From: Pseudomonas aeruginosa PAO1
GTDB lineage: Bacteria; Pseudomonadota; Gammaproteobacteria; Pseudomonadales; Pseudomonadaceae
Direction: 5' to 3' (one strand)
Assembly (NCBI RefSeq): GCF_000006765.1
Contig: NC_002516.2
Length of the DNA: 64,000 bases
In this document: positions 1-8,907 of the stretch, in pieces
How positions within the stretch are numbered: position 1 is the stretch's first letter
How the letters are laid out: each line of letters opens with the position of its first letter
Translations under genes and position numbers: made by a program
Notes under the pieces: generated by a model
What the model saw: only the letters and a program-made list of their open reading frames with translations
The model's database searches: none
Told to the model about the DNA's origin: nothing

Positions 1-1
1 C

Positions 2-1285
2 CTGCTGATCATCGCCGTGATCGGCGGCCATGTGGTCTGGGTGCCGCTGGTGGCCTGCGTGCTGATGATCCTGCCGGGGCTGCTGACCCAGCGCCTGCTC
101 GGCCACCTGTCGCGGCAGAACCTGCGCGAAGGGGCGATGAAGAACGGCGTGCTGCTGGAAGCCTTCGAGCACCTGGAGACGGTCAAGGCGACCCGCGCCG
201 AAGGCCGCTGCCTGCACCAGTGGGAAACCCTGACCGGCGAACTGGCCGGTACGGCGATGAAGACCCATACTCTGGCCTCGACCCTGAGCTACTCGGCGAG
301 CATCGTCCAGCAGCTCTGCTACGTCGGCGTGGTGGTCTTCGGCGTCTATCGGATCAGCGAGGGCGCGATGACCGTCGGCGGCCTGGTGGCCTGCTCGATC
401 CTCGCCTCGCGGGCCATCGCACCGCTGTCGCAGGCGGCCGGCATCCTCGGTCGCTGGCAGCACACCAAGGTGGCGATGGAAGGCCTCGACCAACTGATGA
501 GCGCCGAGCAGGAGCGACCCCAGGGCAAGCGCTTCGTGCACAAGGAGCGCCTGCAGGGACATTACCGCCTGGAGGGCGTGCGCCTGGCCCACGGCGACAG
601 CCCGCCGGTGGTCGACGTGCAGGCCCTGAACATCCGCGCCGGCGAGCGGGTGGCGCTGCTCGGCGGCAACGGCGCCGGCAAGTCGACCCTGCTGCGCCTG
701 CTCAGCGGCCTGCTCGACGCGCAGGCGGGACGCCTGCTGCTGGACGACGTCAGCCTGACCCAGATCGACCCGGCCGACCGCCAGCGCGGTATCGGCTACC
801 TGCCGCAGGACGTGGCGCTGTTCCATGGCAGCCTGCGCGACAACCTCAACCTGGAGAACGCCGCGCTGGGCGACGAGGAACTGCTGGAGACCCTCGACGG
901 GGTCGGCCTGGGCGCCTTCGTCCGCGGCCACCCGCTGGGGCTGGACATGCCGATCCAGGGCAACGCCAGCCTGTCCGGCGGCCAACGCCAGGCCGTCGGG
1001 CTGGCCCGGGTGCTGCTACAGGACCCTCCGATCCTGCTGCTCGACGAGCCGACCGCGGCCTTCGACCAGGGCAGCGAGAAACAGGTCATCGACTACCTGC
1101 AGCAATGGTTGGGCAAGCGCACCCTGGTCATCACCACCCACAAGAAAAGCATGCTCGCCCTGGTCGAGCGTGCGGTGGTCCTGCGCCAGGGCAGGGTGAT
1201 CATGGACGGCCCGCTGGAGCAGGTGGTGCAGGGCAACCAGGTACAGGCACCGCAGGCCGCCGAAGGAGGCAACCATGGACTCTGA
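2..1285 (+). CDS. Type I secretion ABC transporter (permease/ATPase fusion), 5'-truncated by the window edge; bap-type (PA1876-like)
   Basis: TM helices followed by Walker A GGNGAGKS, signature LSGGQRQ and Walker B LLLDEPT. The frame is open from the window start. Confidence 0.93.
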   Translation: MLIIAVIGGHVVWVPLVACVLMILPGLLTQRLLGHLSRQNLREGAMKNGVLLEAFEHLETVKATRAEGRCLHQWETLTGELAGTAMKTHTLASTLSYSASIVQQLCYVGVVVFGVYRISEGAMTVGGLVACSILASRAIAPLSQAAGILGRWQHTKVAMEGLDQLMSAEQERPQGKRFVHKERLQGHYRLEGVRLAHGDSPPVVDVQALNIRAGERVALLGGNGAGKSTLLRLLSGLLDAQAGRLLLDDVSLTQIDPADRQRGIGYLPQDVALFHGSLRDNLNLENAALGDEELLETLDGVGLGAFVRGHPLGLDMPIQGNASLSGGQRQAVGLARVLLQDPPILLLDEPTAAFDQGSEKQVIDYLQQWLGKRTLVITTHKKSMLALVERAVVLRQGRVIMDGPLEQVVQGNQVQAPQAAEGGNHGL

Positions 1286-2462
1286 CCGCGACGCCGCCGC
1301 CCTGCGCCGGCAACTGGCCGACCCGTTGCTGGCGGCTACCCACCCGGTCTACCGGCCGCTGCTCTGGACCCTGCTCGGTTGCGTGCTGCTGTTCATCGGC
1401 TGGGCGGCCTGGGCGCAACTGGACGAGGTGACCCGCGGCGACGGTCGGGTCGTGCCGTTCAGCCGCATCCAGAAGATCCAGAGCCTGGAGGGCGGCATCC
1501 TCGACCGCCTGCTGGTGAAGGAGGGCGACCTGGTGGAAGTCGGCCAGCCGCTGGTGCGCCTCGACGAGACGCGCTTCCTCACCAACTTCCAGGAGTCGGC
1601 GAACCAGGCCAGCGTGCTGCGCGCGGCCATTGCCCGGCTCGACGCCGAGGTGCTAGGCAAGAAGAGCATCGAGTTCCCGCCGGACGTCGATCCCGAGGGG
1701 CCGCTGGCGCGTTCCGAACGCGAGCTGTTCAAGTCGCGCCGCGACAAACTGGTGGAGGGCACCCAGGCGATCCAGCGGCAGATCCACCTGGCGCAGAGCC
1801 AGCTCGACCTGGTTCGCCCGCTGGTGGCCAAGCGTGCGGTGAGCCAGATGGAGGCGCTCAAGCTGAGCCAGGACATCGCCACCCTCAGCGGCAAGCTGAC
1901 CGAGCTGAAAAGCACCTATTTCCAGGATGCCTATACCGAGCGCGCCCAGCGCAAGGCCGATCTCAGCGCCCTGGAACCGATCGTCCAGCAGCGCCAGGAC
2001 CAGTTGCGCCGCACCGAGATCCTGTCGCCAGTGCGCGGGCGGGTGAACACCGTGCTGATCAACACCCGCGGCGGGGTGATCCAGCCCGGCGAGCCGATCA
2101 TGGAAGTGATCCCGGTAGAGGAGCGTCTGCTGGTGGAGGCGAAGATCAAGCCGCGCGACGTGGCCTTCCTGGTTCCCGGCATGCCGGCCAAGGTGAAGAT
2201 CACCGCCTACGACTACACCATCTACGGCGACCTCAAGGGCACCCTGGAGCAGATCAGTGCCGACACCATCGAGGAGGACACCCCGCATGGCAAGGAGTCC
2301 TACTACCAGGTGCTGATCAAGACCGATGGCAGCCAGTTGAAGCGCGGCGAGGAGGTATTGCCGATCATTCCGGGGATGGTCGCCGAGGTGGACATCCTCA
2401 GCGGCAAGCGCAGCGTGCTCAACTACCTGCTGCGGCCGCTGATCAAGGCGCGCCTTTACTGA
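1275..2462 (+). CDS. HlyD-family type I secretion membrane fusion protein
   Basis: N-terminal TM anchor, 'G.V.P..RIQKIQSLEGGIL..LLVKEGD.V..GQPLVRLD', 'ILSPVRGRV' and 'PGMVAEVDILSGKRSVLNYLLRP'. Overlaps the ABC gene by 11 bp. Confidence 0.95.
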   Translation: MDSDRDAAALRRQLADPLLAATHPVYRPLLWTLLGCVLLFIGWAAWAQLDEVTRGDGRVVPFSRIQKIQSLEGGILDRLLVKEGDLVEVGQPLVRLDETRFLTNFQESANQASVLRAAIARLDAEVLGKKSIEFPPDVDPEGPLARSERELFKSRRDKLVEGTQAIQRQIHLAQSQLDLVRPLVAKRAVSQMEALKLSQDIATLSGKLTELKSTYFQDAYTERAQRKADLSALEPIVQQRQDQLRRTEILSPVRGRVNTVLINTRGGVIQPGEPIMEVIPVEERLLVEAKIKPRDVAFLVPGMPAKVKITAYDYTIYGDLKGTLEQISADTIEEDTPHGKESYYQVLIKTDGSQLKRGEEVLPIIPGMVAEVDILSGKRSVLNYLLRPLIKARLY

Positions 2463-2569
2463 GGCGTGCAGGACAGGCCCGGTCGGTGGAAACGTGCCAG
2501 CCGCTTCCCTGTAGCCATGGCGAGCTACGTAGGCGGTGGCGCTGGTAACGCTGCCCGGGCGGGCGCACG

Positions 2570-3148
2570 CTAGGCGTCGCGCCGAACTGCGAGGCGCTGT
2601 CGGGTCCTGGCGTCGAGTAGCTCGCGCAGGGTCTTGAACAGCGGTGCGCGGTCGGTATAGCGACGGCCGTAGTCGAGGTTGAAGGCATAGTCGAAGTCCG
2701 CCGGATTGTCGCCCTGGGTGTGCTGGAGCAGGGTTTCCAGCTTGTCCAGGGCCTTCACTGCCAGGGCTTCGGCGGACTCGCCGCGCTCGTATTCGTCCCA
2801 CAGGGCGAGCAGGCGGTCGCGCAGCGGAGCGTCGAGGTGACGGGTCAGCTGCAACAGGTCGGCGCGTTCCTGTTCGCCTTTGTCCGGGTGCGCGGCCTGC
2901 TCGACGGCGGGGATGTCGCCGTGGATCGCTTCGCCGAGGTCGTGGACCACGCACATGCGCAGGACCTTGCCGAGGTCCAGGCCGGCCAGTTGGTCCTCGA
3001 AGGCCAGTGCCATCAGGCACAGCCGCCAGCTATGTTCGGCGGTGCTTTCCGGGCGGCCGGAGGAGGTGTGCGCGGAGCGCAGGACGTCTTTCAGGCGTTC
3101 GGCTTCGCGGAGGAATTCGAGGCGGTTGCTCAGCAGTTCGAGGGACAT
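2570..3148 (-). CDS. HD-domain metal-dependent phosphohydrolase (YfbR/HDDC2-like), 192 aa
   Basis: Motifs 'LKDVLRS', 'ESTAEHSWRL', 'VVHDLGEAIHGD' and 'KALDKLE'. Start moved to MSLELL (ATG at 3148). Confidence 0.88.
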   Translation of the reverse strand: MSLELLSNRLEFLREAERLKDVLRSAHTSSGRPESTAEHSWRLCLMALAFEDQLAGLDLGKVLRMCVVHDLGEAIHGDIPAVEQAAHPDKGEQERADLLQLTRHLDAPLRDRLLALWDEYERGESAEALAVKALDKLETLLQHTQGDNPADFDYAFNLDYGRRYTDRAPLFKTLRELLDARTRQRLAVRRDA

Positions 3149-3236
3149 GGCGCGGGCTCCGCTACCGGTGAAACGAGCCTGCAAGCCTAGGCGCGGCGGT
3201 GCTGAAGGTCCATGGATAAAATATCCGCGGCGACGT

Positions 3237-3791
3237 TCAGAGGGTTTCCACCAGGCGCACCGCGCGTCCGTCCGAGAGGGTCATGCGGGTCCAGCGGCAA
3301 CGGCTGCGCCGGATCGGCACGATGGCCGAGGCGTTCGCTCCGCTGGCGAACTCCAGCGCCGGCGGTGCCAGCAGTTCGCGCCAGCCGAGTTCCTCGAGGG
3401 TGGCTTCCTGGCGGAGGATTTCCTCGCTGCAATAGGGCCACAGCGAACGGTCGAGCAGTTCGCCGAGAGGCACGCCGAATTGCGCGGCGCGTGCCGGCGA
3501 ACAGGCCAACAGGCGATGGGTGAGGTCGCAGATCAGGTGCACGGGTTGCGGGTTGGCCTCGACCAGGCGGGCCAGTGCCTGGTCGGCGGCGGCTTCCAGG
3601 CGGGCGCCGAGCAGACGCTCCAGGCGTGCCCGTTCCTCCACCAGCAGCGCCTGGGTACCGGACTCCCAGCGCGAGATGGTCGATTGCGCCACGCCGAGCA
3701 ATTCGGCGGCATGCGTTTGCTTGACCCGGTGCAGCAGGCGCCAGCGACGCAGGGCGGGGCCCAGGGACGAAGAAGGGAGAGGCTCGGTCAT
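3237..3791 (-). CDS. XRE-family HTH regulator with C-terminal PAS-like (MmyB-type) domain
   Basis: HTH 'QTHAAELLGVAQSTISRWESG'. C-terminal 'PVHLICDLTHRLLACS' resembles a ligand-binding domain. Confidence 0.8.
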   Translation of the reverse strand: MTEPLPSSSLGPALRRWRLLHRVKQTHAAELLGVAQSTISRWESGTQALLVEERARLERLLGARLEAAADQALARLVEANPQPVHLICDLTHRLLACSPARAAQFGVPLGELLDRSLWPYCSEEILRQEATLEELGWRELLAPPALEFASGANASAIVPIRRSRCRWTRMTLSDGRAVRLVETL

Positions 3792-3948
3792 GCTTGGCTA
3801 CGCGGGCGAATGGACGCTGAAGTCTGCGCCCGACGCCGGGCGGAGGCAAATCGGCGCGACACCGGGGGGACCCGTATGGTCGGCGGCGATCCTCGGAGGG
3901 CCGCCCGCGCCGCGCCGGCAGCCGTGGAGCTGCCGGCGGGCGTCTCGC

Positions 3949-6144
3949 TCAGGCCTTGGCGAAGGAGGTGGGGAAGGGCAGGTTGTACAGGCGTTGCCCG
4001 GTGGCGGCGAAGATCGCATTGGCCAGCGCCGGGCCGATGGGCGCCACACCGGGTTCGCCGACCCCGGTGGGCGCTTCGCCGGAGGGCACGATGTGCACTT
4101 CGACCTTGGGCATCTCGGCGATCCGCAGCACCTGGTAGCCGTCGAAGTTGTTCTGCTCGACCTTGCCGTCCTTCAGGGTGATCGCGCTGTGCAGGATCGC
4201 GCCGAGGCCGAAGCCGATGCCGCCCTCCATCTGCGCGGCGATCACGTCCGGGTTGATCGGGATGCCACAGTCCACCGCACAGACCACCCGCTCGACCTTC
4301 AGCTTGCCGTCCTTGTCCACCGAGACCTCGACCACCTGGGCGACGAAGGTCTTGAATGCCTCGGTCACCGCGATCCCACGCCCGCGCCCGGCGGGCAGCG
4401 GCCTGGACGGGTCCCAGCCGGCCTTTTCCGCAGCCAGTTCGAGCACGCCGCGCAGGCGCGGCTGCTCTGCCAGCAGGTCGCGGCGGAACAGGTAGGGGTC
4501 CTTGCCGGCGGCCTGCGCCGCCTCGTCGATGAACGCCTCCACCGCGTAGACCGTGTGCGAGCTGCCGACCACCCGCCACCACAGGACCGGCACGCCGACC
4601 TGGGTGGTGCTCAGCTCGACCGAGACATTGGGCACCGCATAGGGCAGGTTGGCGGCGCCTTCCACCGAGGTGGCGTCGATGCCGTCCTTGACCATCACCG
4701 CGGCGAACGGCGTGCCTTCCAGGATCGACTGGCCGACGATGCGATGTTGCCAGCCGACCAGCTTGCCGTCGGCGTCGAGCCCGGCTTCGAGCCGGTGGTA
4801 GTACATCGGCCGGTAGAAACCGCCGTGGATGTCGTCCTCGCGGGTCCATTGCAGCTTCACCGGCACGCCGTTGGCGCCCAGCGCCTTGGCGATCGATACC
4901 GCCTCGACGATATAGTCCGACCAGGCGTTGGCGCGCCGGCCGAAGCTGCCGCCGGCGTAGAGCGTATTGATCTTCACCTGCTCCGGCTTCAGCCCGGCGG
5001 TGCGCGCCGCGTTGCCCTGGTCGACGGTCTGGAACTGGTCGCCGGCCCAGATCTCGCAGCTGTCGGCGGTCAGCCTGACCACCGCGTCCAGCGGCTCCAT
5101 CGGCGCATGGGCGAGGAACGGGAACTCGTAGCTGGCGGCGATCCTGCGGGTCGCCCCGGCCACCGCCTTGGCGGCGTCGCCGTCCCTGCGCGCGGGCTTG
5201 CCGGGTTGCTCGGCGAGCTTGCGGTACTCCGCCATCAGCGCCTCGGAACCACGCTTCTCGGCCTTGCTCTCGTCCCACTCGACCTTGAGCGCGTCGCGGC
5301 CTTGCTTCGCCGCCCAGAAGCCCTTGGCGACCACCGCCACGCCGTGCGGCACCTGGACCACCTCGACCACCCCCGGAATCGCCCTGGTCGCCGTGGCGTC
5401 GAACGATTTCACCGTAGCGCCGAACAGCGGCGGGCGCTGGAGCAGGGCGACCAGCATGCCGGGCAGGCTGACGTCGAGGGTGAATTGCGCACTGCCGTCG
5501 GTCTTGCCGGGAACGTCGACGCGCGGCGCCTGGTGACCGATCAGGCGGAAGTCCTTGGGATCCTTCAATTGCACTTTTTCCGGCACCGGCAGTTCCGCCG
5601 CCGCAGCGGCCAGCGAACCGTAGCTGGCCTTGCGCTGGCTGGTCGGATGTTCGACGAAGCCGTCGCGGGTGCGCAGTTCGGCGGCTGGTACCTGCCACTG
5701 GCGGGCGGCGGCCTCGACCAGCATCGCGCGCGCTTTGGCCCCGGCCTCGCGCAATTGCATCCAGGAGTTGGCCATCGCCGAACTGCCGCCGGTGCCCTGC
5801 ATGGTGCCGAAGGCCAGGTTGGCGTAGCGCTTGGCGTCGGCGGGCGCGCTTTCCACGCGGACCTTGCTCCAGTCCGCGTCGAGTTCCTCGGCGACGATGG
5901 TGGCGATACCGGTATAGGCGCCCTGGCCCATCTCCACGTGCTTGGCGATCACCGTGACACTGTCGTCCGGGGCGATCCGCAGGAAGGCGTTGGGCGCGAA
6001 GCCGGCGTCCGGCAGGGCCGCGGCGAGGGCGCGCCGGGCTCCGCTCCACTGGAAGCCGATGGTCAGGCCGACCACCGCGGCGCCTTTGAGGAAGCCGCGG
6101 CGCGAGCCGGGCAGGGCGTTGCTCAGATCGATCTTGCTGTTCAT
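3949..6144 (-). CDS. Molybdopterin-binding subunit, xanthine dehydrogenase/isoquinoline 1-oxidoreductase beta family, Tat-exported
   Basis: Tat motif SRRGFLK, plus 'EMGQG', 'GGSFGRR', 'QMEGGI.FGL' and 'GVGEPG' Mo-hydroxylase motifs. Confidence 0.92.
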   Translation of the reverse strand: MNSKIDLSNALPGSRRGFLKGAAVVGLTIGFQWSGARRALAAALPDAGFAPNAFLRIAPDDSVTVIAKHVEMGQGAYTGIATIVAEELDADWSKVRVESAPADAKRYANLAFGTMQGTGGSSAMANSWMQLREAGAKARAMLVEAAARQWQVPAAELRTRDGFVEHPTSQRKASYGSLAAAAAELPVPEKVQLKDPKDFRLIGHQAPRVDVPGKTDGSAQFTLDVSLPGMLVALLQRPPLFGATVKSFDATATRAIPGVVEVVQVPHGVAVVAKGFWAAKQGRDALKVEWDESKAEKRGSEALMAEYRKLAEQPGKPARRDGDAAKAVAGATRRIAASYEFPFLAHAPMEPLDAVVRLTADSCEIWAGDQFQTVDQGNAARTAGLKPEQVKINTLYAGGSFGRRANAWSDYIVEAVSIAKALGANGVPVKLQWTREDDIHGGFYRPMYYHRLEAGLDADGKLVGWQHRIVGQSILEGTPFAAVMVKDGIDATSVEGAANLPYAVPNVSVELSTTQVGVPVLWWRVVGSSHTVYAVEAFIDEAAQAAGKDPYLFRRDLLAEQPRLRGVLELAAEKAGWDPSRPLPAGRGRGIAVTEAFKTFVAQVVEVSVDKDGKLKVERVVCAVDCGIPINPDVIAAQMEGGIGFGLGAILHSAITLKDGKVEQNNFDGYQVLRIAEMPKVEVHIVPSGEAPTGVGEPGVAPIGPALANAIFAATGQRLYNLPFPTSFAKA

Positions 6145-6148
6145 GGCG

Positions 6149-6610
6149 TCAGGCCTTCAGGGTGTCGGCGGCTTCGTGGATGGCGGCGCGGATCCGCACA
6201 TAGGCGGCGCAGCGGCAGATGTTGCCGTTCATCGCGGCATCGATGTCGGCGTCGCTGGGGCTGGCGTTCTGCTCCAGCAGCGCGGTGGCGGACATGATCT
6301 GGCCGGACTGGCAGTAGCCGCACTGCGGTACCTGGAGCTTGACCCAGGCGTCCTGCACGGCCTTGCCGGGCTTGCTCTGGATACCTTCGATGGTGGTGAC
6401 GCGCTTGCCGGCGACCGCGGAGACCGGCAGCACGCAGGAACGTACCGCGGTGCCGTCCAGCTGCACGGTGCAGGCACCGCACTGGGCCATGCCGCAGCCG
6501 AACTTGGTGCCGTGCAGGCCGGCGCTTTCCCGGATGGCCCAGAGCAGGGGCATGTTGGGATCGACGTCGAGGGTGACGTTCTTGCCGTTCAGGACGAGCG
6601 AGGTGGGCAT
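6149..6610 (-). CDS. (2Fe-2S)-binding small subunit of the Mo-oxidoreductase
   Basis: '[16 protein letters not shown]', 'QCGYCQSG' and 'GNICRC' Fe-S motifs. Lies directly upstream of the large subunit. Confidence 0.95.
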   Translation of the reverse strand: MPTSLVLNGKNVTLDVDPNMPLLWAIRESAGLHGTKFGCGMAQCGACTVQLDGTAVRSCVLPVSAVAGKRVTTIEGIQSKPGKAVQDAWVKLQVPQCGYCQSGQIMSATALLEQNASPSDADIDAAMNGNICRCAAYVRIRAAIHEAADTLKA

Positions 6611-6876
6611 GCTGATTCTCCACGGAAAGGCCCGGGCAGGGCGTTATCTCTTATCAGGCAGGGATGCATCGGGCGAAGTGTGCGCGAAGGACGAAACGGA
6701 CGCCTTGCACGATCCTGCGAAAGTCTAGATCAATCCTGCCGAGCGTCCCGGCGGGCACGGCGCGGAAACGCGGCGAAACAACTCCGTCGGCGCAGGCGTT
6801 CACCCGGCATCGGCAACGCGCTAGGATCGCTGCCGTCGGTGACTGACGCCCGCCCGGGCGGCACGCACTTTCAGCC

Positions 6877-6940
6877 GGAAGCGGGACGACCCGTTTTCCC
6901 TCTTTCATTGCGCGGGGACGACCCTGCAGAGAGGCTGAAA
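6877..6940 (+). promoter_or_regulatory. Guanidine-II (mini-ykkC) riboswitch
   Basis: Two GC-rich hairpins with ACGA tetraloops: GCGGG-ACGA-CCCGT (6881-6894) and GCGGGG-ACGA-CCCTGC (6912-6927). They are joined by a pyrimidine-rich linker able to pair with the downstream AGAGG SD, directly before a SugE/Gdx gene. Confidence 0.93.
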
Positions 6941-7264
6941 ATGGCGTGGATCTATCTCTTGCTCGCCGGTGTCTTCGAAATCGTCTGGGCCACGGCCATG
7001 AAGGAGTCGGCCGGCTTCACCCGCCTGTGGCCGAGCCTGGTCACCCTGCTGTTCATGATCCTCAGCTTCGGCCTGCTGGCCGTTTCCATGAAAACCCTGC
7101 CCCTCGGCACGGCCTACACCATCTGGGTCGGCATCGGTGCGGTCGGCGCCTTCGCCCTGGGCATCCTGCTCTTCGGCGAAAGCCCGAGCCCGTTGCGGCT
7201 GCTGGCGGTGGGGCTGATCGTGGCCGGCATCGTCATTCTCAAGCTGGCGACCCGTCAGGGCTGA
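6941..7264 (+). CDS. sugE: SMR-family guanidinium exporter (Gdx/SugE), 107 aa
   Basis: '[17 protein letters not shown]' (membrane Glu), '[14 protein letters not shown]' and 4 TM helices; riboswitch upstream. Confidence 0.92.
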   Translation: MAWIYLLLAGVFEIVWATAMKESAGFTRLWPSLVTLLFMILSFGLLAVSMKTLPLGTAYTIWVGIGAVGAFALGILLFGESPSPLRLLAVGLIVAGIVILKLATRQG

Positions 7265-7276
7265 GGGGCGACCATC

Positions 7277-7675
7277 ATGTACGCATCCTTCGCTCCCGCG
7301 ACCTGGGCCTTGCTCGCCTACCTCTTCGGCGCGCTCGCCCTTTGCCTGCTCATGCTGGGGTTGGGCCGGGTGCTGGGCGGCCGATCGCATGGCCGGGCGA
7401 AGAACCTGCCGTTCGAGTCGGGGGTGGATTCCACCGGCTCGTCGCGCTTGCGCTTCTCGGTCAAGTACGCGTTGGTCGCCATGCTGTTCGTGATCTTCGG
7501 CATCGAGATGCCGTTCCTCTACCTCTGGGCGGTGTCGCTACGGGAGAATGGCTGGGCGGGTTTCGTCGAGGCGACGCTGTTCGTCTCCCTGCTGCTGGTC
7601 GGACTGTTCTACCTGCACCGGGTCGGCGCCCTCGACTGGTCGCCGGAGCGCCGGCGGAAAAAGCCGCACGACTAG
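7277..7675 (+). CDS. Orphan NADH-quinone oxidoreductase subunit A (NuoA) paralogue
   Basis: '[10 protein letters not shown]', '[11 protein letters not shown]' and '[14 protein letters not shown]' with 3 TM helices. No other nuo genes nearby. Confidence 0.85.
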   Translation: MYASFAPATWALLAYLFGALALCLLMLGLGRVLGGRSHGRAKNLPFESGVDSTGSSRLRFSVKYALVAMLFVIFGIEMPFLYLWAVSLRENGWAGFVEATLFVSLLLVGLFYLHRVGALDWSPERRRKKPHD

Positions 7676-8223
7676 TCGTGGAGGATCACCAGCAGGTAGC
7701 GGCAGGCTTGCCCGGCGGTGGCGAAGGTCACCGCGCGGTCGACGCCGAAGTCCAGGCGGTCGCCGCGTTGCAGGTGGAACGACTGCTCGCCGTAATCCAC
7801 CCGCAGCGCACCCTCGACCAGCCACAGGCGCTGCCGGTAGGGCCGGCCGCCCCAGCGGGGATAGTCGAGGCGGGCGTTCGCCGGGATCTCCACTTCCACC
7901 ATCTCGCAGCCGCTGCGCGGATCGCGAGCGCCGACCTGGCGGCGGCGGTAGCCGCTGGCCGGGTCTTCCCACACTTCCTGCTGCGCGCGCCGGCAGAGCG
8001 GTTCGGCCGGCGCCTGCGCGTCGCCGAGCAGCTCGGAGAGGGCGACCCCCAGGCCGCCGGCGAGACGGCCGAGGACGCTGGCGGTGGGGCTGCTTTGGTT
8101 GCGCTCGATGCGCGAGATCATCGCCTTGCTCACCGCGCAGCGTTCGGCCAGTTGGGCGAGGGTCAGCTCGCGCTCCTTGCGCAGGGCGGCTAGGCGTCGG
8201 GCAATCAGTTCGTCGATATCCAT
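7672..8223 (-). CDS. XRE-family regulator with C-terminal cupin domain, 183 aa
   Basis: HTH '[28 protein letters not shown]' plus a cupin-like C-terminus. Alternative start at 8253. Confidence 0.88.
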   Translation of the reverse strand: MDIDELIARRLAALRKERELTLAQLAERCAVSKAMISRIERNQSSPTASVLGRLAGGLGVALSELLGDAQAPAEPLCRRAQQEVWEDPASGYRRRQVGARDPRSGCEMVEVEIPANARLDYPRWGGRPYRQRLWLVEGALRVDYGEQSFHLQRGDRLDFGVDRAVTFATAGQACRYLLVILHD

Positions 8224-8264
8224 GAGTGGCCCTGGCGGATTTTTCTCGTCCATGATAGTCACTG

Positions 8265-8278
8265 TCCAATATATTGGA
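8265..8278. promoter_or_regulatory. Perfect 14-bp palindrome TCCAATATATTGGA, putative operator between the divergent XRE regulator and GNAT
   Basis: AT-rich perfect palindrome in an 85-bp divergent intergenic gap of otherwise very GC-rich DNA. Confidence 0.65.
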
Positions 8279-8308
8279 AATTCGACCTTGCATTGGAGCT
8301 TGCCCGCG

Positions 8309-8842
8309 ATGACCGAACCGACGATTCGCCGCCTGGCTGGCGAGGAGATCCTGGCGCGCCTGGACGAACTGGCCGAGGTACTGCTGGACTGCGTGGAAGG
8401 CGGGGCTTCGGTCAGCTTCATGTGGCCGTTGCCGCGGGAGCGGGCGCTGGCTTTCTGGCGCGGCGTCGGCGAGAGCGTGGCGGGCGATGAACGCCTGCTG
8501 TTGGTGGCGGAAGCGGAGGGGCGGATCGTCGGTACCGTGCAACTGCTCCTCGACCAACCGCCGAACCAGCCGCACCGCGCCGACGTGGCGAAGATGCTGG
8601 TGCACCGGCGTGCGCGTCGGCGCGGCATCGGCGAGGCGCTGATGGGCGAGCTGGACCGGCTCGCCCGGGCCTGCGGCAAGTCCCTGCTGGTGCTGGACAC
8701 GGTCAGCGGCAGCGCCGCCGAACGGCTGTACCTGAAGACCGGCTGGACACGGGTCGGGGAAATCCCGGACTACGCCCTGATGCCGGACGGCACGCCCTGT
8801 CCCACCACCTATTTCTACAAGCGCCTGGCTGCTGCCGGCTGA
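8309..8842 (+). CDS. GNAT acetyltransferase, tabtoxin-resistance (Ttr)-like, 177 aa
   Basis: 'GGASVSFM', '[20 protein letters not shown]', 'LLVLDT..GS.AE.LY' and '[11 protein letters not shown]' resemble P. syringae Ttr as I recall it. Confidence 0.85.
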   Translation: MTEPTIRRLAGEEILARLDELAEVLLDCVEGGASVSFMWPLPRERALAFWRGVGESVAGDERLLLVAEAEGRIVGTVQLLLDQPPNQPHRADVAKMLVHRRARRRGIGEALMGELDRLARACGKSLLVLDTVSGSAAERLYLKTGWTRVGEIPDYALMPDGTPCPTTYFYKRLAAAG

Positions 8843-8907
8843 CCGAAGATGCCAGCGTTCCCAAGGCAGGCCGGGTAGAATCGGCGGATGCGAGAGATTC
8901 GGGGTCG

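Noticed and set aside
3520-6297. 925-aa plus-strand ORF, and similar long antisense or alternate-frame ORFs (8917-11175, 27423-29888, 31095-33353, 35724-37703, 48275-50377, 61279-62976)
   Set aside because: Shadow ORFs of well-supported genes in GC-rich DNA: no motifs, biased R/G/A/P or V/Q/L composition, no SD.
8843-8907. LexA box upstream of polB
   Set aside because: No CTGT-N8-ACAG match found by eye.
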